64,000 nucleotides of DNA from Escherichia phage vB_Eco_F27, in sequence record OP870146.1. The stretch is one strand, 5' to 3'. Every line of letters begins with the position of its first letter. Position 1 is the first letter of the stretch. Of the stretch, positions 9,229 to 19,684 are shown in pieces. The notes under the pieces are model-generated. The model was given only the letters and a program-made list of their open reading frames with translations, did not search any database and was not told the origin of the DNA. The position numbers were made by a program, and so were the translations under genes.

Positions 9229-10743
9229 ATGACTGACATTAAAGTACATTTTCATGATTTTAGTCACGTGCGCATTGAATGCGACGAAAGTACGTTTTAC
9301 GAACTTCGTGACTTTTTTAGCTTTGAAGCCGATGGGTACAAATTCAACCCGCGTTACAAATATGGGAACTGGGATGGTAGAATTCGACTTTTAGATTACA
9401 ATCGTTTGTTACCATATGGACTTGTAGGACAAATAAAAAAGTTCTGTAACAATATGAGTTATTCTGTATGGATTGACCCTAAAATCTTTGAGACCGAAGA
9501 CCTTACCAGGGAAGATTTTGACGCATGGCTTTCTAAACAAGAAATTTATTCCGGCAATGCCAAAATCGAACCACATTGGTATCAAAAAGATGCAGTATAT
9601 GAAGGACTAGTTAATCGTCGTAGAATTTTAAACCTTCCGACATCAGCAGGTAAATCACTAATCCAAGCACTTTTAGCTCGATATTATCTAGAGAACTATG
9701 AAGGTAAAATTCTCATTATTGTCCCTACAACAGCATTGACAACCCAGATGGCTAATGATTTTGTTGATTATCGCTTGTTTAGTCATTCGATGATTAAGAA
9801 AATTGGCGGTGGCGCTGATAAAGCGGACAAATCTAAAAACGACGCTCCAATTATTGTTGGCACATGGCAAACGGTAGTTAAGCAGCCTAAAGAATGGTTC
9901 TCGCAGTTCGGTATGATGATGAATGATGAATGCCACTTAGCAACAGGCAAAAGTATTTCTTCAATCATCTCAGGATTAAATAATTGCATGTTTAAATTCG
10001 GTTTATCCGGCTCATTAAGAGACGGAAAAGCCAATGTAATGCAGTACGTAGGTATGTTCGGCGAAATCTTCCGTCCTGTTAGCACGTCTAAATTAATGGA
10101 AGACGGTCAGGTAACTGAGCTTAAGATTAATAGTATTTTCCTTCGTTATCCAGACGAATTCACTGTTAAATTAAAAGGTAAAACATACCAAGAAGAAGTT
10201 AAAATTATTACCGGACTAAAACGACGTACAAAGTGGATTGCTCAACTTTCAGTCAAATTGGCTAAGAAAGACGAGAACGCCTTTGTAATGTTTAAACACG
10301 TTACACACGGTAAAGAAATATTTGAAGCTATTAAAGAGCTTGGATACGAAAAAGTTTATTACGTATCAGGTGAAGTTGATACTGAAACACGTAACGCGCT
10401 TAAAGTCATGGCAGAAAATGGTAAAGGCGTTATTATTGTCGCATCATATGGAGTATTCTCTACTGGTATTTCAGTAAAGAATCTTCATCATGTTATTTTT
10501 GCCCATGGTGTTAAATCAAAAATTATCGTACTTCAAACCGTAGGTCGCGTGCTTCGTAAGCATGGTTCTAAAGCTGTTGCTACAGTTTGGGATCTCATCG
10601 ATGACGCAGGTGTAAAACCTAAATCATTAAATACTAAAAAGAAGTATACTCATCTTAATTACTTGTTAAAACACGGTATTGATCGTATCCAACGTTACGC
10701 TGATGAGAAATTTAACTATGTAATGAAAACAATTAATTTATAA
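9229..10743 (+). CDS. uvsW: UvsW RNA-DNA/DNA-DNA helicase
   Basis: ORF track 504 aa; helicase motifs (GKS, DECH); translation recognised as T4 UvsW. Confidence 0.92.
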   Translation: MTDIKVHFHDFSHVRIECDESTFYELRDFFSFEADGYKFNPRYKYGNWDGRIRLLDYNRLLPYGLVGQIKKFCNNMSYSVWIDPKIFETEDLTREDFDAWLSKQEIYSGNAKIEPHWYQKDAVYEGLVNRRRILNLPTSAGKSLIQALLARYYLENYEGKILIIVPTTALTTQMANDFVDYRLFSHSMIKKIGGGADKADKSKNDAPIIVGTWQTVVKQPKEWFSQFGMMMNDECHLATGKSISSIISGLNNCMFKFGLSGSLRDGKANVMQYVGMFGEIFRPVSTSKLMEDGQVTELKINSIFLRYPDEFTVKLKGKTYQEEVKIITGLKRRTKWIAQLSVKLAKKDENAFVMFKHVTHGKEIFEAIKELGYEKVYYVSGEVDTETRNALKVMAENGKGVIIVASYGVFSTGISVKNLHHVIFAHGVKSKIIVLQTVGRVLRKHGSKAVATVWDLIDDAGVKPKSLNTKKKYTHLNYLLKHGIDRIQRYADEKFNYVMKTINL

Positions 10744-10757
10744 GGGCTTCGGCCCTT
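10742..10757 (+). terminator. UUCG hairpin overlapping the uvsW stop, immediately before the uvsW.1 RBS
   Basis: AAGGGC-UUCG-GCCCUU then AGGAGAUAAAA-AUG; not followed by a U-tract, so it may be a stability or processing element rather than a terminator. Confidence 0.4.
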
Positions 10758-10768
10758 AGGAGATAAAA

Positions 10769-10999
10769 ATGGTACTTGAATTTAAACAATTTTTATACGA
10801 AGCATCTATTGACGAATTCATGGGTAAAATTGCTAGTTGCCATACCCTAGAAGGGCTTGAAGAATTGGAAGCTTATTATAAGAAACGTATAAAAGAAACG
10901 GAATTAAAAGATACAGATGATATTTCTGTCAGGGATGCCTTAGCAGGTAAGCGTGCCGAACTTGAAGGCGATGATGAGGATGCGGAAGAAGACTTCTAA
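10769..10999 (+). CDS. uvsW.1: UvsW.1
   Basis: ORF track 76 aa directly after uvsW; hairpin plus RBS AGGAG upstream. Confidence 0.7.
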   Translation: MVLEFKQFLYEASIDEFMGKIASCHTLEGLEELEAYYKKRIKETELKDTDDISVRDALAGKRAELEGDDEDAEEDF

Positions 11000-11057
11000 T
11001 TAAAAAAAGGCCCGACCTTTTTGGAAGGGCCAAAAACCATAGGCAAAAAAGGTAACA

Positions 11058-11225
11058 CTATAGTAAAAGTTGGGTTTCGTTCAATTGCTCTTCTGAACTT
11101 TCTGAAACCGGCAATTGTTGGACATAGTTATAACAAGGACCAGGATGTGCTGGGCCTTTGTCTGTTTCAACAACCAATGCAGAATCGATTGGAGTTTTAC
11201 AGACAACACAAATCTTATCTGACAT
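11058..11225 (-). CDS. small Cys-containing protein, 55 aa (uvsY.-2 position)
   Basis: Hand translation MSDKICVVCKTPIDSALVVETDKGPAHPGPCYNY...; GGAGG RBS 6 nt upstream of ATG; not in ORF track (below 60 aa). Confidence 0.45.
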   Translation of the reverse strand: MSDKICVVCKTPIDSALVVETDKGPAHPGPCYNYVQQLPVSESSEEQLNETQLLL

Positions 11226-11257
11226 GATTGCCTCCTAAGTTGAAATTACATATCTAT

Positions 11258-11482
11258 TTATACAACTCTCATATGCATATCAATGCCCATATCTTTAGAA
11301 TAAAAATATTCATCAAGATATCCGGCAAATTTTCCTTTAATATAAAGGACGTCTTCACCACACGGGTGGTCTGCCAGGATACGAATATCCTGACGACGTA
11401 GACGATACTTTTCCATTAAGAATTTAATTTCAGTTTCAAATTCTTCGTCATTATTAAAGGCATCTTCAATTGAATAACGCAT
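11258..11482 (-). CDS. hypothetical protein (uvsY.-1 position)
   Basis: ORF track 74 aa; start overlaps the uvsY stop. Confidence 0.55.
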   Translation of the reverse strand: MRYSIEDAFNNDEEFETEIKFLMEKYRLRRQDIRILADHPCGEDVLYIKGKFAGYLDEYFYSKDMGIDMHMRVV

Positions 11483-11895
11483 TATTGCCCCGCTTCAAAT
11501 TCTCGCATATCCTGGATATGTTTAAGTGCAAAACTACGAGACTTAACTGCGTCAAGTGCACCACTACAGAACTCAAGTAAAATTCCCCAGTATTGTAAAG
11601 TAGTCTCTATTTTAAGCACATCTTTATCTGCAGCCAGGACAGTTTTCATTTCAGATTTCTCGTATCGGTCCATACTGAATTCATCACCGTCACCTCGTCC
11701 CGAGTAGTAGTCTAATCTTGCTTTTAGAGCAGTTTTCTTCTGAGTCTCTATACGCAACATTTCTTTACGAATAAATGAGTGCTTACGTAGCCATTTGCTG
11801 TATAACTTAACATTATTCGCTGTCTCATATTGCAACTTTGTTGTATCAATAGCTAAGTCTGCGTCTAACTCTTCCTGTAAATCTTCCAGCTTCAT
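11482..11895 (-). CDS. uvsY: UvsY recombination mediator
   Basis: ORF track gives 164 aa; real start placed at internal MKLEDLQEEL (137 aa) with RBS; translation recognised as T4 UvsY. Confidence 0.85.
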   Translation of the reverse strand: MKLEDLQEELDADLAIDTTKLQYETANNVKLYSKWLRKHSFIRKEMLRIETQKKTALKARLDYYSGRGDGDEFSMDRYEKSEMKTVLAADKDVLKIETTLQYWGILLEFCSGALDAVKSRSFALKHIQDMREFEAGQ

Positions 11896-11975
11896 AATAT
11901 TCTCTCTTTTAACTAATAATCTCCCGGCTGTATCGGAAGGACCTAAAACCATTATACATAGGTTGCCTTGAAGCA

Positions 11976-12374
11976 TTACACTCTATTGCTTGACGCTAAC
12001 TGAAGTTTAATTTGTTCAATATCGTCAGGGTTGTCTACGACCGAAAATCTAATCTCTACTATAACCGTATAGTCATCATATACTGGCGTTACACTTACAG
12101 AAAGTTTGTCGATGCGTGGCTCATAGTTACGGACAGCTGCCTGGATATTACGCTCAATCGTATCGGCTGTAAGTGGTGTCATGTTCTCGAAAAGTTCGTC
12201 GACCAAATCACATCCAAATTCAGGGTCGAAGGGGCGTGAGCCTTTTCTAGTTGTCACTATGCCAAGAAGACTATTTTTAATAGAACGAAGTCCTACAGAA
12301 CGAGCAACGTCCTTGTTCCAATCCATACGCATTTCTGGGTCGATATCTGAATAAAGTTTATTGATATTAGACAT
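11976..12374 (-). CDS. 25: baseplate wedge protein gp25
   Basis: ORF track 132 aa; translation (MSNINKLYSDIDPEMRMDWNKDVARS...) recognised as T4 gp25. Confidence 0.9.
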   Translation of the reverse strand: MSNINKLYSDIDPEMRMDWNKDVARSVGLRSIKNSLLGIVTTRKGSRPFDPEFGCDLVDELFENMTPLTADTIERNIQAAVRNYEPRIDKLSVSVTPVYDDYTVIVEIRFSVVDNPDDIEQIKLQLASSNRV

Positions 12375-13000
12375 TATAGTAACTCAAAGAATTCTTTGAG
12401 GCCTCGTATTGTGTGAACGTGTGACGCCCCACATTTGGGACATTTAATAGGGGTTGCCAGATAAATCGATGGCGATACCAAAAGATTTTTAATATTGATC
12501 ATGTCATCTTCTGTTATAAGGCCGTAAAGGTCGTTTATTTCTGCTTCAGTTAAATCTTCAACAGGGATGGACTCTCCATTGACAAAAACGGCCTCAATAC
12601 ATGAAGCAATCATTAATGCGATATTTTTATCGTCAAATAATTTAGGTTGACGGAACTTAATTTTAATACCACTAAACGAATACCAGGGATCGGCCTGTTC
12701 ATCTAATTGAGTGTGCAATAAATTCATATAGACTTGAAATGAATGCCCACAGGAACAATTCCAGGTGTGTTCTTGATTCACTTCACCTAATGAGTGTGCC
12801 CAAAGATTTACCAACAATAACTCGGCTTCTTGTTTAGTCAAGTTTTTAGCGTTAGAACAATTAGTGATAATATTGTTCACTGCGGATTCAATAGTACCGG
12901 TAGCCCGCGCACCTATGAGTCCTAAATATTCTTTTAAAGTAAAGGCTCTACAATTCACTTCTTTATCGCCTAAACGTACTGTAAACGTATATTTGTACAT
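12374..13000 (-). CDS. 26: baseplate hub protein gp26
   Basis: ORF track 208 aa; synteny; late promoter on minus strand at 13019-13026. Confidence 0.85.
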   Translation of the reverse strand: MYKYTFTVRLGDKEVNCRAFTLKEYLGLIGARATGTIESAVNNIITNCSNAKNLTKQEAELLLVNLWAHSLGEVNQEHTWNCSCGHSFQVYMNLLHTQLDEQADPWYSFSGIKIKFRQPKLFDDKNIALMIASCIEAVFVNGESIPVEDLTEAEINDLYGLITEDDMINIKNLLVSPSIYLATPIKCPKCGASHVHTIRGLKEFFELL

Positions 13001-13018
13001 GTTAACTCCTTTATTGTG

Positions 13019-13030
13019 TATTTATAAATA
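13019..13030. promoter_or_regulatory. back-to-back overlapping late promoters (TATTTATAAATA) for genes 26 (minus) and 51 (plus)
   Basis: Palindrome-like tatttataaata reads TATAAATA on both strands between the divergent genes. Confidence 0.6.
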
Positions 13031-13047
13031 ATAGAAAAGGAGTAATT

Positions 13048-13800
13048 ATGGCTAATATAATTCGTTGTAAATTACCGGATGGTGTTCATCGTTTTAAGCC
13101 GTTCACTGTGGCGGATTATAGAGACTTTTTACTAGTTAGAAATGATATCGAACATCGTTCGCCGCAAGAACAAAAAGAAATAATTGCCGATCTGATTGAT
13201 GATTATTTTGGCGAGTACCCTAAAACATGGCAACCATTTATATTCCTGCAAGTTTTTGCAGGCTCTATAGGCAAAACAAAAGTTCCCGTTATTTTCACTT
13301 GCCCTAAATGCTCTAAAGAAAAAACTGCACCATTTGAGATATATCAAAAAGAACTAGTCGAACCTGAACTTGATGTTGCTGGTATAAAAATACGTTTTTC
13401 TTTCCCTGAAAAATTTTATGACAACAAGGCATTAATGATAAGTGAAAACATAAAAGAAATATATTATAATAACGAATGGTACCCATGGAATGATTTGACT
13501 GAAGAGAACCAAATCCAAGTAATAGAAGCAATAGACATTGACTCGCTCGAGAAGGTTATTGCTTCTATGAACCCTATTAATTTGACCCTTAGATTAGGTT
13601 GTTGTGAACGTCATGTTAAAACATATACTGATATCTTAGAGGTTTTTAAATTGTTAGTTAACCCTGATGAGATTTTTACATTCTATCAGATAAACCATTC
13701 ACTAGTAAAGAGTCAATACACATTGGATTCTATTATGCAAATGATTCCTGTTGAACGTGGTATTGCTTTAACATTAGTAGAAAAGGACCATAAAAAATGA
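13048..13800 (+). CDS. 51: baseplate hub assembly catalyst gp51
   Basis: ORF track 250 aa; late promoter 13023-13030; synteny. Confidence 0.85.
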   Translation: MANIIRCKLPDGVHRFKPFTVADYRDFLLVRNDIEHRSPQEQKEIIADLIDDYFGEYPKTWQPFIFLQVFAGSIGKTKVPVIFTCPKCSKEKTAPFEIYQKELVEPELDVAGIKIRFSFPEKFYDNKALMISENIKEIYYNNEWYPWNDLTEENQIQVIEAIDIDSLEKVIASMNPINLTLRLGCCERHVKTYTDILEVFKLLVNPDEIFTFYQINHSLVKSQYTLDSIMQMIPVERGIALTLVEKDHKK

Positions 13801-14969
13801 CAGTATTCCAACGTCCAGGATATCCTAACTTAAGCGTTAAATTATACCAAGATTATTCGGCTTGGCACGAAAATAGATACGTTGAACTCGCAGCAACAAT
13901 AACAACTTTAACCATGCGAGATTCACTATATGGAAGAAATGAAGGGATTCTTCAATTTTATGACACTAAAAACATCCACACTAAAATGGATGGTAGACAG
14001 ATAGTCCAAATCTCTGTTTCAAATTCAAACACACCTCTCCAAGTTAGAACTCGAATTTACGGATGTAGACATTATTCTGTGTCTGTGGACTCAAAAGGTG
14101 ACAATATTATTGCAATTGAGCTTGGAACAATACATTCTATAGAGAACCTTAAATTTGGGCGACCATTCTTCCCAGACGCAGGAGAATCTATACGTGAAAT
14201 GTTAGGTGTCATATATAAAGACCGTACGTTAATTACTCCGCCAATAAACACTATTAATGCTTATGTTCCTGATATTCCTTGGACAAGCACATTTGATGAT
14301 TATTTGGCATATGTCAGAGAATTAGGACTTGCTACAGCGAGTGATAAGTTCGTATTCGTATGGCAAGATATTTTAGGCGTAAACATGATTGACTACGATA
14401 CTCTTATTGGTCAGGAAGGCATTAAGATGGTTGTAGGCGAGCCAAATACCGTAGGTCAGTATATTCAAGAGCTTGAGTATCCATTAGTATGGGATTTCAC
14501 CTGGATGACTAAAGCTAACCAATTTACAAGAGACCCTATTAAAAACGCCACGATATTCGCCCATTCATTTTTAGATACATCTATTCCGGTTATTGTTACA
14601 GGCGATGGTGATAATGCTATTGTTGTGTCAAGATCCGGTGGATATTCCGAAATGACCTATCGTAATGGATTTGAAGAAGCAAGTCGTCTTCAGACAATGG
14701 CTCAATATGACGGATATGCTAAATGCACTACTACCGGTAATTTTAACATAACGCCTGCTACTAAAATTATATTTGTTGACCAAAAGAACCAATTCAAATC
14801 CGAATTTTACGTCGATGAAGTTATTCATGAGTTATCAAATAACAACTCACAAACTCATCTGTACATGTTTACCAACTCAATGGTGTTAGAACCTGTTAAC
14901 CCAGTTAAGGTTAAAAATGAACTTAAATCTGATTCTACCTCTAAAGAAAATAATTCTACCACAGTCTAA
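13797..14969 (+). CDS. 27: baseplate hub protein gp27
   Basis: ORF track 390 aa; ATGA coupling; synteny. Confidence 0.85.
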   Translation: MTVFQRPGYPNLSVKLYQDYSAWHENRYVELAATITTLTMRDSLYGRNEGILQFYDTKNIHTKMDGRQIVQISVSNSNTPLQVRTRIYGCRHYSVSVDSKGDNIIAIELGTIHSIENLKFGRPFFPDAGESIREMLGVIYKDRTLITPPINTINAYVPDIPWTSTFDDYLAYVRELGLATASDKFVFVWQDILGVNMIDYDTLIGQEGIKMVVGEPNTVGQYIQELEYPLVWDFTWMTKANQFTRDPIKNATIFAHSFLDTSIPVIVTGDGDNAIVVSRSGGYSEMTYRNGFEEASRLQTMAQYDGYAKCTTTGNFNITPATKIIFVDQKNQFKSEFYVDEVIHELSNNNSQTHLYMFTNSMVLEPVNPVKVKNELKSDSTSKENNSTTV

Positions 14970-15450
14970 TAAAAAGGTAATGATTCCCAAATTAGGGCTC
15001 AAACATTATAATCTTTTAAAGGACGTTAAAGGCCCTGATGAAAACATGAAAATCTTAGCTGATTCTATTTGTAAAAATATGAGTCCCGCAGATTTTGATT
15101 TTGCATGTCTACACATATTGGAATTTAATAACAAACTTAAGTCTGAAGTTGAAAAAGACGGATTCACTTATAAACTAGACGACGTCTATGTATGCCAACG
15201 AACAGAATTCCAATTCCAAGGCAATACTTTTTATTTTAGACCCCCAGGCAAATTTGAACAATTCGCTACAATCAGTGAAATGCTATCAAATTGCTTAATA
15301 AAAGTTAATGACGAAGAGAAAGAAATTTCTTTCCTTGAGATGCCTGCTTTTGTAATCAAATGGGCAGAAGACCTTTCGACAACTATTGCTATTACAGGCC
15401 CTAATGGTCCTATTAAGGGTATAGCAGAAATTATTGGATTGCTTGAATGA
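14917..15450 (+). CDS. 28: baseplate hub distal protein gp28
   Basis: ORF track 177 aa; RBS before first ATG; overlaps the 3' end of gene 27 by 53 nt. Confidence 0.75.
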   Translation: MNLNLILPLKKIILPQSNKKVMIPKLGLKHYNLLKDVKGPDENMKILADSICKNMSPADFDFACLHILEFNNKLKSEVEKDGFTYKLDDVYVCQRTEFQFQGNTFYFRPPGKFEQFATISEMLSNCLIKVNDEEKEISFLEMPAFVIKWAEDLSTTIAITGPNGPIKGIAEIIGLLE

Positions 15451-17219
15451 AACCTGAAGAAATGAAATCCATGCGTAGAAATAAGGTCATTGCCGATAAT
15501 AAACCACAAAAAGTAGCTGCTGTTGCAGCTACCGATTCATTAGAAGCATTGAATAACATTTCATCAAAACTAGACGATGTCCAAGCCGCGTCTGAACTCA
15601 CATCACAAAGTGTAGAAGATAAAGGCAATGGAATCATTGAATCAATTGGAGACTTAAAGAATTCGACAGATAATACTGCTGAAGGCACAGAGCTTATCGC
15701 AGAAGTTATTGAAAAACAAACTGAAGTCACTAAAAGTATAAACGAAGTTTCTAGTGCAATAAGCTCTAAGTTAGACCGATTAGCTACATTATTAGAGCAA
15801 AAATTACAAACATCTACCGCTATTCAAAATACAGGAGGCACCTCTCTTGAAGTAATTGAGAACGCAATACCTGTTAAAGTGGTTGAGAATGAAACTTCTG
15901 ATGAGTTGTTTAAAGCATTCCCTACACCTGAAAAGATTGATAATAAGCCAGACGAAGATTTCTTCCCAGCGCCGGTTCAAGAAAGTGCTAATTCTACTTC
16001 CGATTCTAAAGGCGGAATTAGCTTTAAATTGAGCGATAAAATTGCAATGCTCACCAAAACAGTTCAAACCGGGTTTAATAAATCAATATCAATTTCAGAC
16101 AGAATTGCTGGAATGCTTTTCAAATACACTATAACGGCTGCTATTGAAGCAGCAAAAATGGCCGCACTTATTCTTGGTATTGTTATCGGTATTGATTTAT
16201 TGATAGTCCATTTCAAATATTGGACAGACAAGTTCACTTCTGCCTGGGATTTATTTGATGAAAACTTTACTAAATTCTCCGATGAAGCTAAAGAGTGGGG
16301 TAAATTCTTAAGTGATATATTCACTTCTATTGACTCGATAAAACAAATGTGGGAAGCTGGAGACTGGGGTGGTTTAACCGTTGCTATTGTCAAAGGTGTA
16401 GGAACAGCATTAATGAACTTAGGTGAACTAATTCAATTAGGAATGGCTAAACTCTCTGCGTCTATATTGCGTGCTATAGGTTTTGGCGATACCGCAGACG
16501 AAATAGAAGGACGTGCTTTAGAAGGATTCCAAGAAACTACTGGGAACAAATTAAAGAAAGAAGACCAAGAGAAAGTCGCTAAATATCAAATGAAGCGTGA
16601 CGATGGGGAATTAGGAACCGTTTCTAAAGGTCTTGATATGTTACAACGTGGCAAAACATTCGTTACTAACTGGGTTCGTGGTAATGACAATAAAGAAGAG
16701 TTTAGTACAAGCGATGAGCGTGCTGCGGAATCGGCAAAATTAAAAGAGTTACCTGAAGAGGAGCGTAAAGAGGCGTATATAAAAGCTAATGAAACTCGTG
16801 CGGCACTGGTTAGATTTGAGGATTATATCGATAAAATCGATATGACTAATCCGGAAAATGCTAAAAACGTCGAGAAGTCTTATGCTGATTTAAGTAAACT
16901 TATTAAAGACCCTGAACTTAATAAAACTCCTGTTGTTAAAAAGGAATTAGATGCTAGATTTGAAAAGCTAAATAATAAAATGGCTGAAGCCAAAAAGGCT
17001 CAGACAACAGTTAAGCCTGAATCTTCGTCTAAATCTCCGGAAGCAAAACAAGTTCAGTCAATAGAGAAAGGACGTGCTTCTGAATCTAAACAACAGCAAC
17101 CGGTAGCGGCGATTAGTAACACAAATAATGTCGTCAAAAAGAATACCGTAGTCCAGAATATGACCCCTGTAACAAGTACAACGGCTCCTGGAATTTTCCA
17201 TGCCACCGGTGTTAATTAA
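15447..17219 (+). CDS. 29: baseplate hub / tail length determination protein gp29
   Basis: ORF track 590 aa; synteny and size. Confidence 0.85.
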   Translation: MKPEEMKSMRRNKVIADNKPQKVAAVAATDSLEALNNISSKLDDVQAASELTSQSVEDKGNGIIESIGDLKNSTDNTAEGTELIAEVIEKQTEVTKSINEVSSAISSKLDRLATLLEQKLQTSTAIQNTGGTSLEVIENAIPVKVVENETSDELFKAFPTPEKIDNKPDEDFFPAPVQESANSTSDSKGGISFKLSDKIAMLTKTVQTGFNKSISISDRIAGMLFKYTITAAIEAAKMAALILGIVIGIDLLIVHFKYWTDKFTSAWDLFDENFTKFSDEAKEWGKFLSDIFTSIDSIKQMWEAGDWGGLTVAIVKGVGTALMNLGELIQLGMAKLSASILRAIGFGDTADEIEGRALEGFQETTGNKLKKEDQEKVAKYQMKRDDGELGTVSKGLDMLQRGKTFVTNWVRGNDNKEEFSTSDERAAESAKLKELPEEERKEAYIKANETRAALVRFEDYIDKIDMTNPENAKNVEKSYADLSKLIKDPELNKTPVVKKELDARFEKLNNKMAEAKKAQTTVKPESSSKSPEAKQVQSIEKGRASESKQQQPVAAISNTNNVVKKNTVVQNMTPVTSTTAPGIFHATGVN

Positions 17220-17227
17220 GGATTATT

Positions 17228-18337
17228 ATGATTAGTGTAAAAGAAATAGTAGTAGATGCAAAGGATTTAAATAAAGCAATCCCAGTCTCAGAAAGTGCCG
17301 GGCAAAGCACTAAAACCGAAACAACTACTAAAACTTATGTTGCTCAATTTCCTACAGGAAGAGCAGCCGGAAATGACTCCACAGGAGACTTCCAGGTAAC
17401 AGACCTTTATAAGAATGGATTATTATTTACCGCGTACAATATGTCTGCACGCGATTCAGGATCCCTCAGGAATTTACGTCCGGCGTATGCCGGTACTTCA
17501 TCTAATGGTATCATATCAGATTTAACTGATAATGTGAAAGATGCAGTGACTAAATTCTCAAACGGATTGCTTCCTGCCGGAGCTAATAAGTCTACTATAA
17601 ATAAAACTCCTGTTGCCAATATCCTTTTGCCACGTTCCAAATCTGACGTTGATACAACTTCACATCGTTTTAATGATGTCGGTGATAGCCTTATTACTAA
17701 AGGTGGAGGTACTGCTACAGGTGTTTTAAGTAACATTGCTTCTACTGCAGTTTTTGGTGCATTAGATTCTATTACTCAAGGGCTTATGGCCGATAATAAC
17801 GAACAGATTTATACGACTTCTCGTAGTATGTATGGCGGTGCTGAGAACCGTACTAAAGTCTTTACATGGGATTTAACTCCGCGTTCAACTGAAGACCTTA
17901 TGGCTATTATAAACATTTACCAGTATTTTAACTATTTCTCTTATGGTGAAACTGGTAAATCACAGTATGCCCAAGAGATTAAAAGTTATTTAGACGAATG
18001 GTACCGTTCAACGTTTATTGAGCCTATGACACCAGACGATGCAGTAAAAAATAAGACATTGTTTGAAAAGATTACTGCGTCATTAACAAACGTATTAGTT
18101 GTAAGCAACCCTACAATTTGGATGGTTAAAAACTTTGGTTATACATCTAAATTTGATGGATTAACTGACGTATTTGGCCCGTGTCAAATTCAAAGCGTAC
18201 GTTTTGATAAAACTCCAAATGGACAATTTAATGGTCTCGCTGTTGCTCCTAACTTACCATCAACATTTACGTTAGAGATAACAATGCGAGAAATTATTAC
18301 ATTAAACCGTTCTTCACTTTATGCGGGGACTTTCTAA
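17228..18337 (+). CDS. 48: baseplate tail tube cap gp48
   Basis: ORF track 369 aa; synteny. Confidence 0.85.
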   Translation: MISVKEIVVDAKDLNKAIPVSESAGQSTKTETTTKTYVAQFPTGRAAGNDSTGDFQVTDLYKNGLLFTAYNMSARDSGSLRNLRPAYAGTSSNGIISDLTDNVKDAVTKFSNGLLPAGANKSTINKTPVANILLPRSKSDVDTTSHRFNDVGDSLITKGGGTATGVLSNIASTAVFGALDSITQGLMADNNEQIYTTSRSMYGGAENRTKVFTWDLTPRSTEDLMAIINIYQYFNYFSYGETGKSQYAQEIKSYLDEWYRSTFIEPMTPDDAVKNKTLFEKITASLTNVLVVSNPTIWMVKNFGYTSKFDGLTDVFGPCQIQSVRFDKTPNGQFNGLAVAPNLPSTFTLEITMREIITLNRSSLYAGTF

Positions 18338-19299
18338 TGTACTCTTTAGAAGAATTTAATAACCAAGCTATAAATGCAGATTTCCAACGAAACAATATGT
18401 TTAGTTGTGTATTTGCTACTACCCCATCGACCAAATCATCTTCACTAATTTCGTCAATTGGTAGTTTTGCTTATAATAACTTAGGGTTGGATTCTGATTG
18501 GCTAGGATTGTCTCAAGGTGATATCAATCAGGGCGTAACAACCCTGATTACAGCAGGAACACAGAAATTAATTCGAAAATCGGGTATAAGTAAATATCTG
18601 ATTGGAGCAATGAGCCAACGTACGGTACAAAGCTTGTTAGGTGAGTTCACAGTAGGAGCTTATCTGATAGACTTCTTCAATATGGCATATAATAATACAG
18701 GTTTAATGATTTATTCTGTAAAAATGCCTGAGAACCGATTATCTTATGAAACGGATTTCAACTATAACTCACCGAACATCCGAATTACCGGTCGTGAAAT
18801 GGACCCGTTAGTAATAAGCTTTAGAATGGATTCTGAAGCATCTAACTTTAGAGCAATGCAAGACTGGGTAAACTCAGTCCAAGACCCTGTAACAGGTCTT
18901 CGTGCTTTACCACAAGACGTCGAAGCAGATATTCAGGTTAATTTACATGCACGAAATGGTTTACCACATACCGCTGTCATGTTCACTGGATGTATTCCTG
19001 TTAGTGTCTCTTCTCCTGAGTTAACGTATGATGGTGATAATCAGATAACAGTTTTTGATGTAACATTTGCTTATCGCGTTATGCAATCAGGTGCTGTAAA
19101 TAGACAGGCTGCTTTAGAATGGCTGGAATCAGGACTTATTAGTAGTGTTTCAGGAATGTTTGGAAATAATCAGAATGATTCTGGACTAGGAAGTGCAGTA
19201 TCAAGACTTTCTAGATTAGGTGGGACTGCTGGTGGTGTGTCTAATATAAACACATTGACAGGTGTGGTGAATTCTGCGTCAAGAGTTTTAGGACTATAA
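18337..19299 (+). CDS. 54: baseplate tail tube initiator gp54
   Basis: ORF track 320 aa; synteny. Confidence 0.85.
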   Translation: MYSLEEFNNQAINADFQRNNMFSCVFATTPSTKSSSLISSIGSFAYNNLGLDSDWLGLSQGDINQGVTTLITAGTQKLIRKSGISKYLIGAMSQRTVQSLLGEFTVGAYLIDFFNMAYNNTGLMIYSVKMPENRLSYETDFNYNSPNIRITGREMDPLVISFRMDSEASNFRAMQDWVNSVQDPVTGLRALPQDVEADIQVNLHARNGLPHTAVMFTGCIPVSVSSPELTYDGDNQITVFDVTFAYRVMQSGAVNRQAALEWLESGLISSVSGMFGNNQNDSGLGSAVSRLSRLGGTAGGVSNINTLTGVVNSASRVLGL

Positions 19300-19305
19300 G
19301 AAAAA

Positions 19306-19322
19306 GGGAGACAACGTCTCCC
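19306..19322. terminator. bidirectional hairpin terminator between gene 54 and the alt.-1-position ORF
   Basis: GGGAGAC-AAC-GUCUCCC flanked by A5 and UUUAGGGGUUUAUUU. Confidence 0.55.
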
Positions 19323-19331
19323 TTTAGGGGT

Positions 19332-19625
19332 TTATTTACGGAATGAAAGGAATGCTGGTGCTCGGAATGGAGTATCATCTTTAGAGTATTTAACTAATAC
19401 GACCATTGGTACCTCTGTTTCTAAATGACCTGTCACCACACCGATAAAAATTTGATCAGTGTGCTCAGGGTCACGAAAGTTTTTAAGAGGTTCCATAGCA
19501 ATATGGAATGCACCTGGGAATACTCGATTCAATTCGTCAATCACAGCTTCGTTAAAAGCATCATCCGCCGGGATAGCATCTTCAACTACTAGTTCTTGAC
19601 CGTTAAAGCGAAGCATAGATTTCAT
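19332..19625 (-). CDS. hypothetical protein (alt.-1 position)
   Basis: ORF track 121-aa frame; start moved to internal MKSMLRFNGQ with GAGGA RBS; early-type promoter 19655-19684 lies inside the 3' end of alt. Confidence 0.45.
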   Translation of the reverse strand: MKSMLRFNGQELVVEDAIPADDAFNEAVIDELNRVFPGAFHIAMEPLKNFRDPEHTDQIFIGVVTGHLETEVPMVVLVKYSKDDTPFRAPAFLSFRK

Positions 19626-19654
19626 AACGTTTTCCTCATGTTGTTGATGGGATG

Positions 19655-19684
19655 ATAGTATCACACATCCATGTGTTTGTAAAC
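19655..19684 (-). promoter_or_regulatory. T4 early-type promoter inside the 3' end of alt
   Basis: GTTTACaaacacatggatgtgtgaTACTAT on minus strand. Confidence 0.5.

Noticed and set aside
11021-11227. 68-aa plus-strand ORF
   Set aside because: Antisense to the better-supported 55-aa minus-strand ORF with GGAGG RBS; includes the terminator hairpin
11896-11976. N-terminal 27-codon extension of UvsY in the ORF track (164 aa)
   Set aside because: Upstream codons lack an RBS and do not match the known UvsY N-terminus; start moved to MKLEDL
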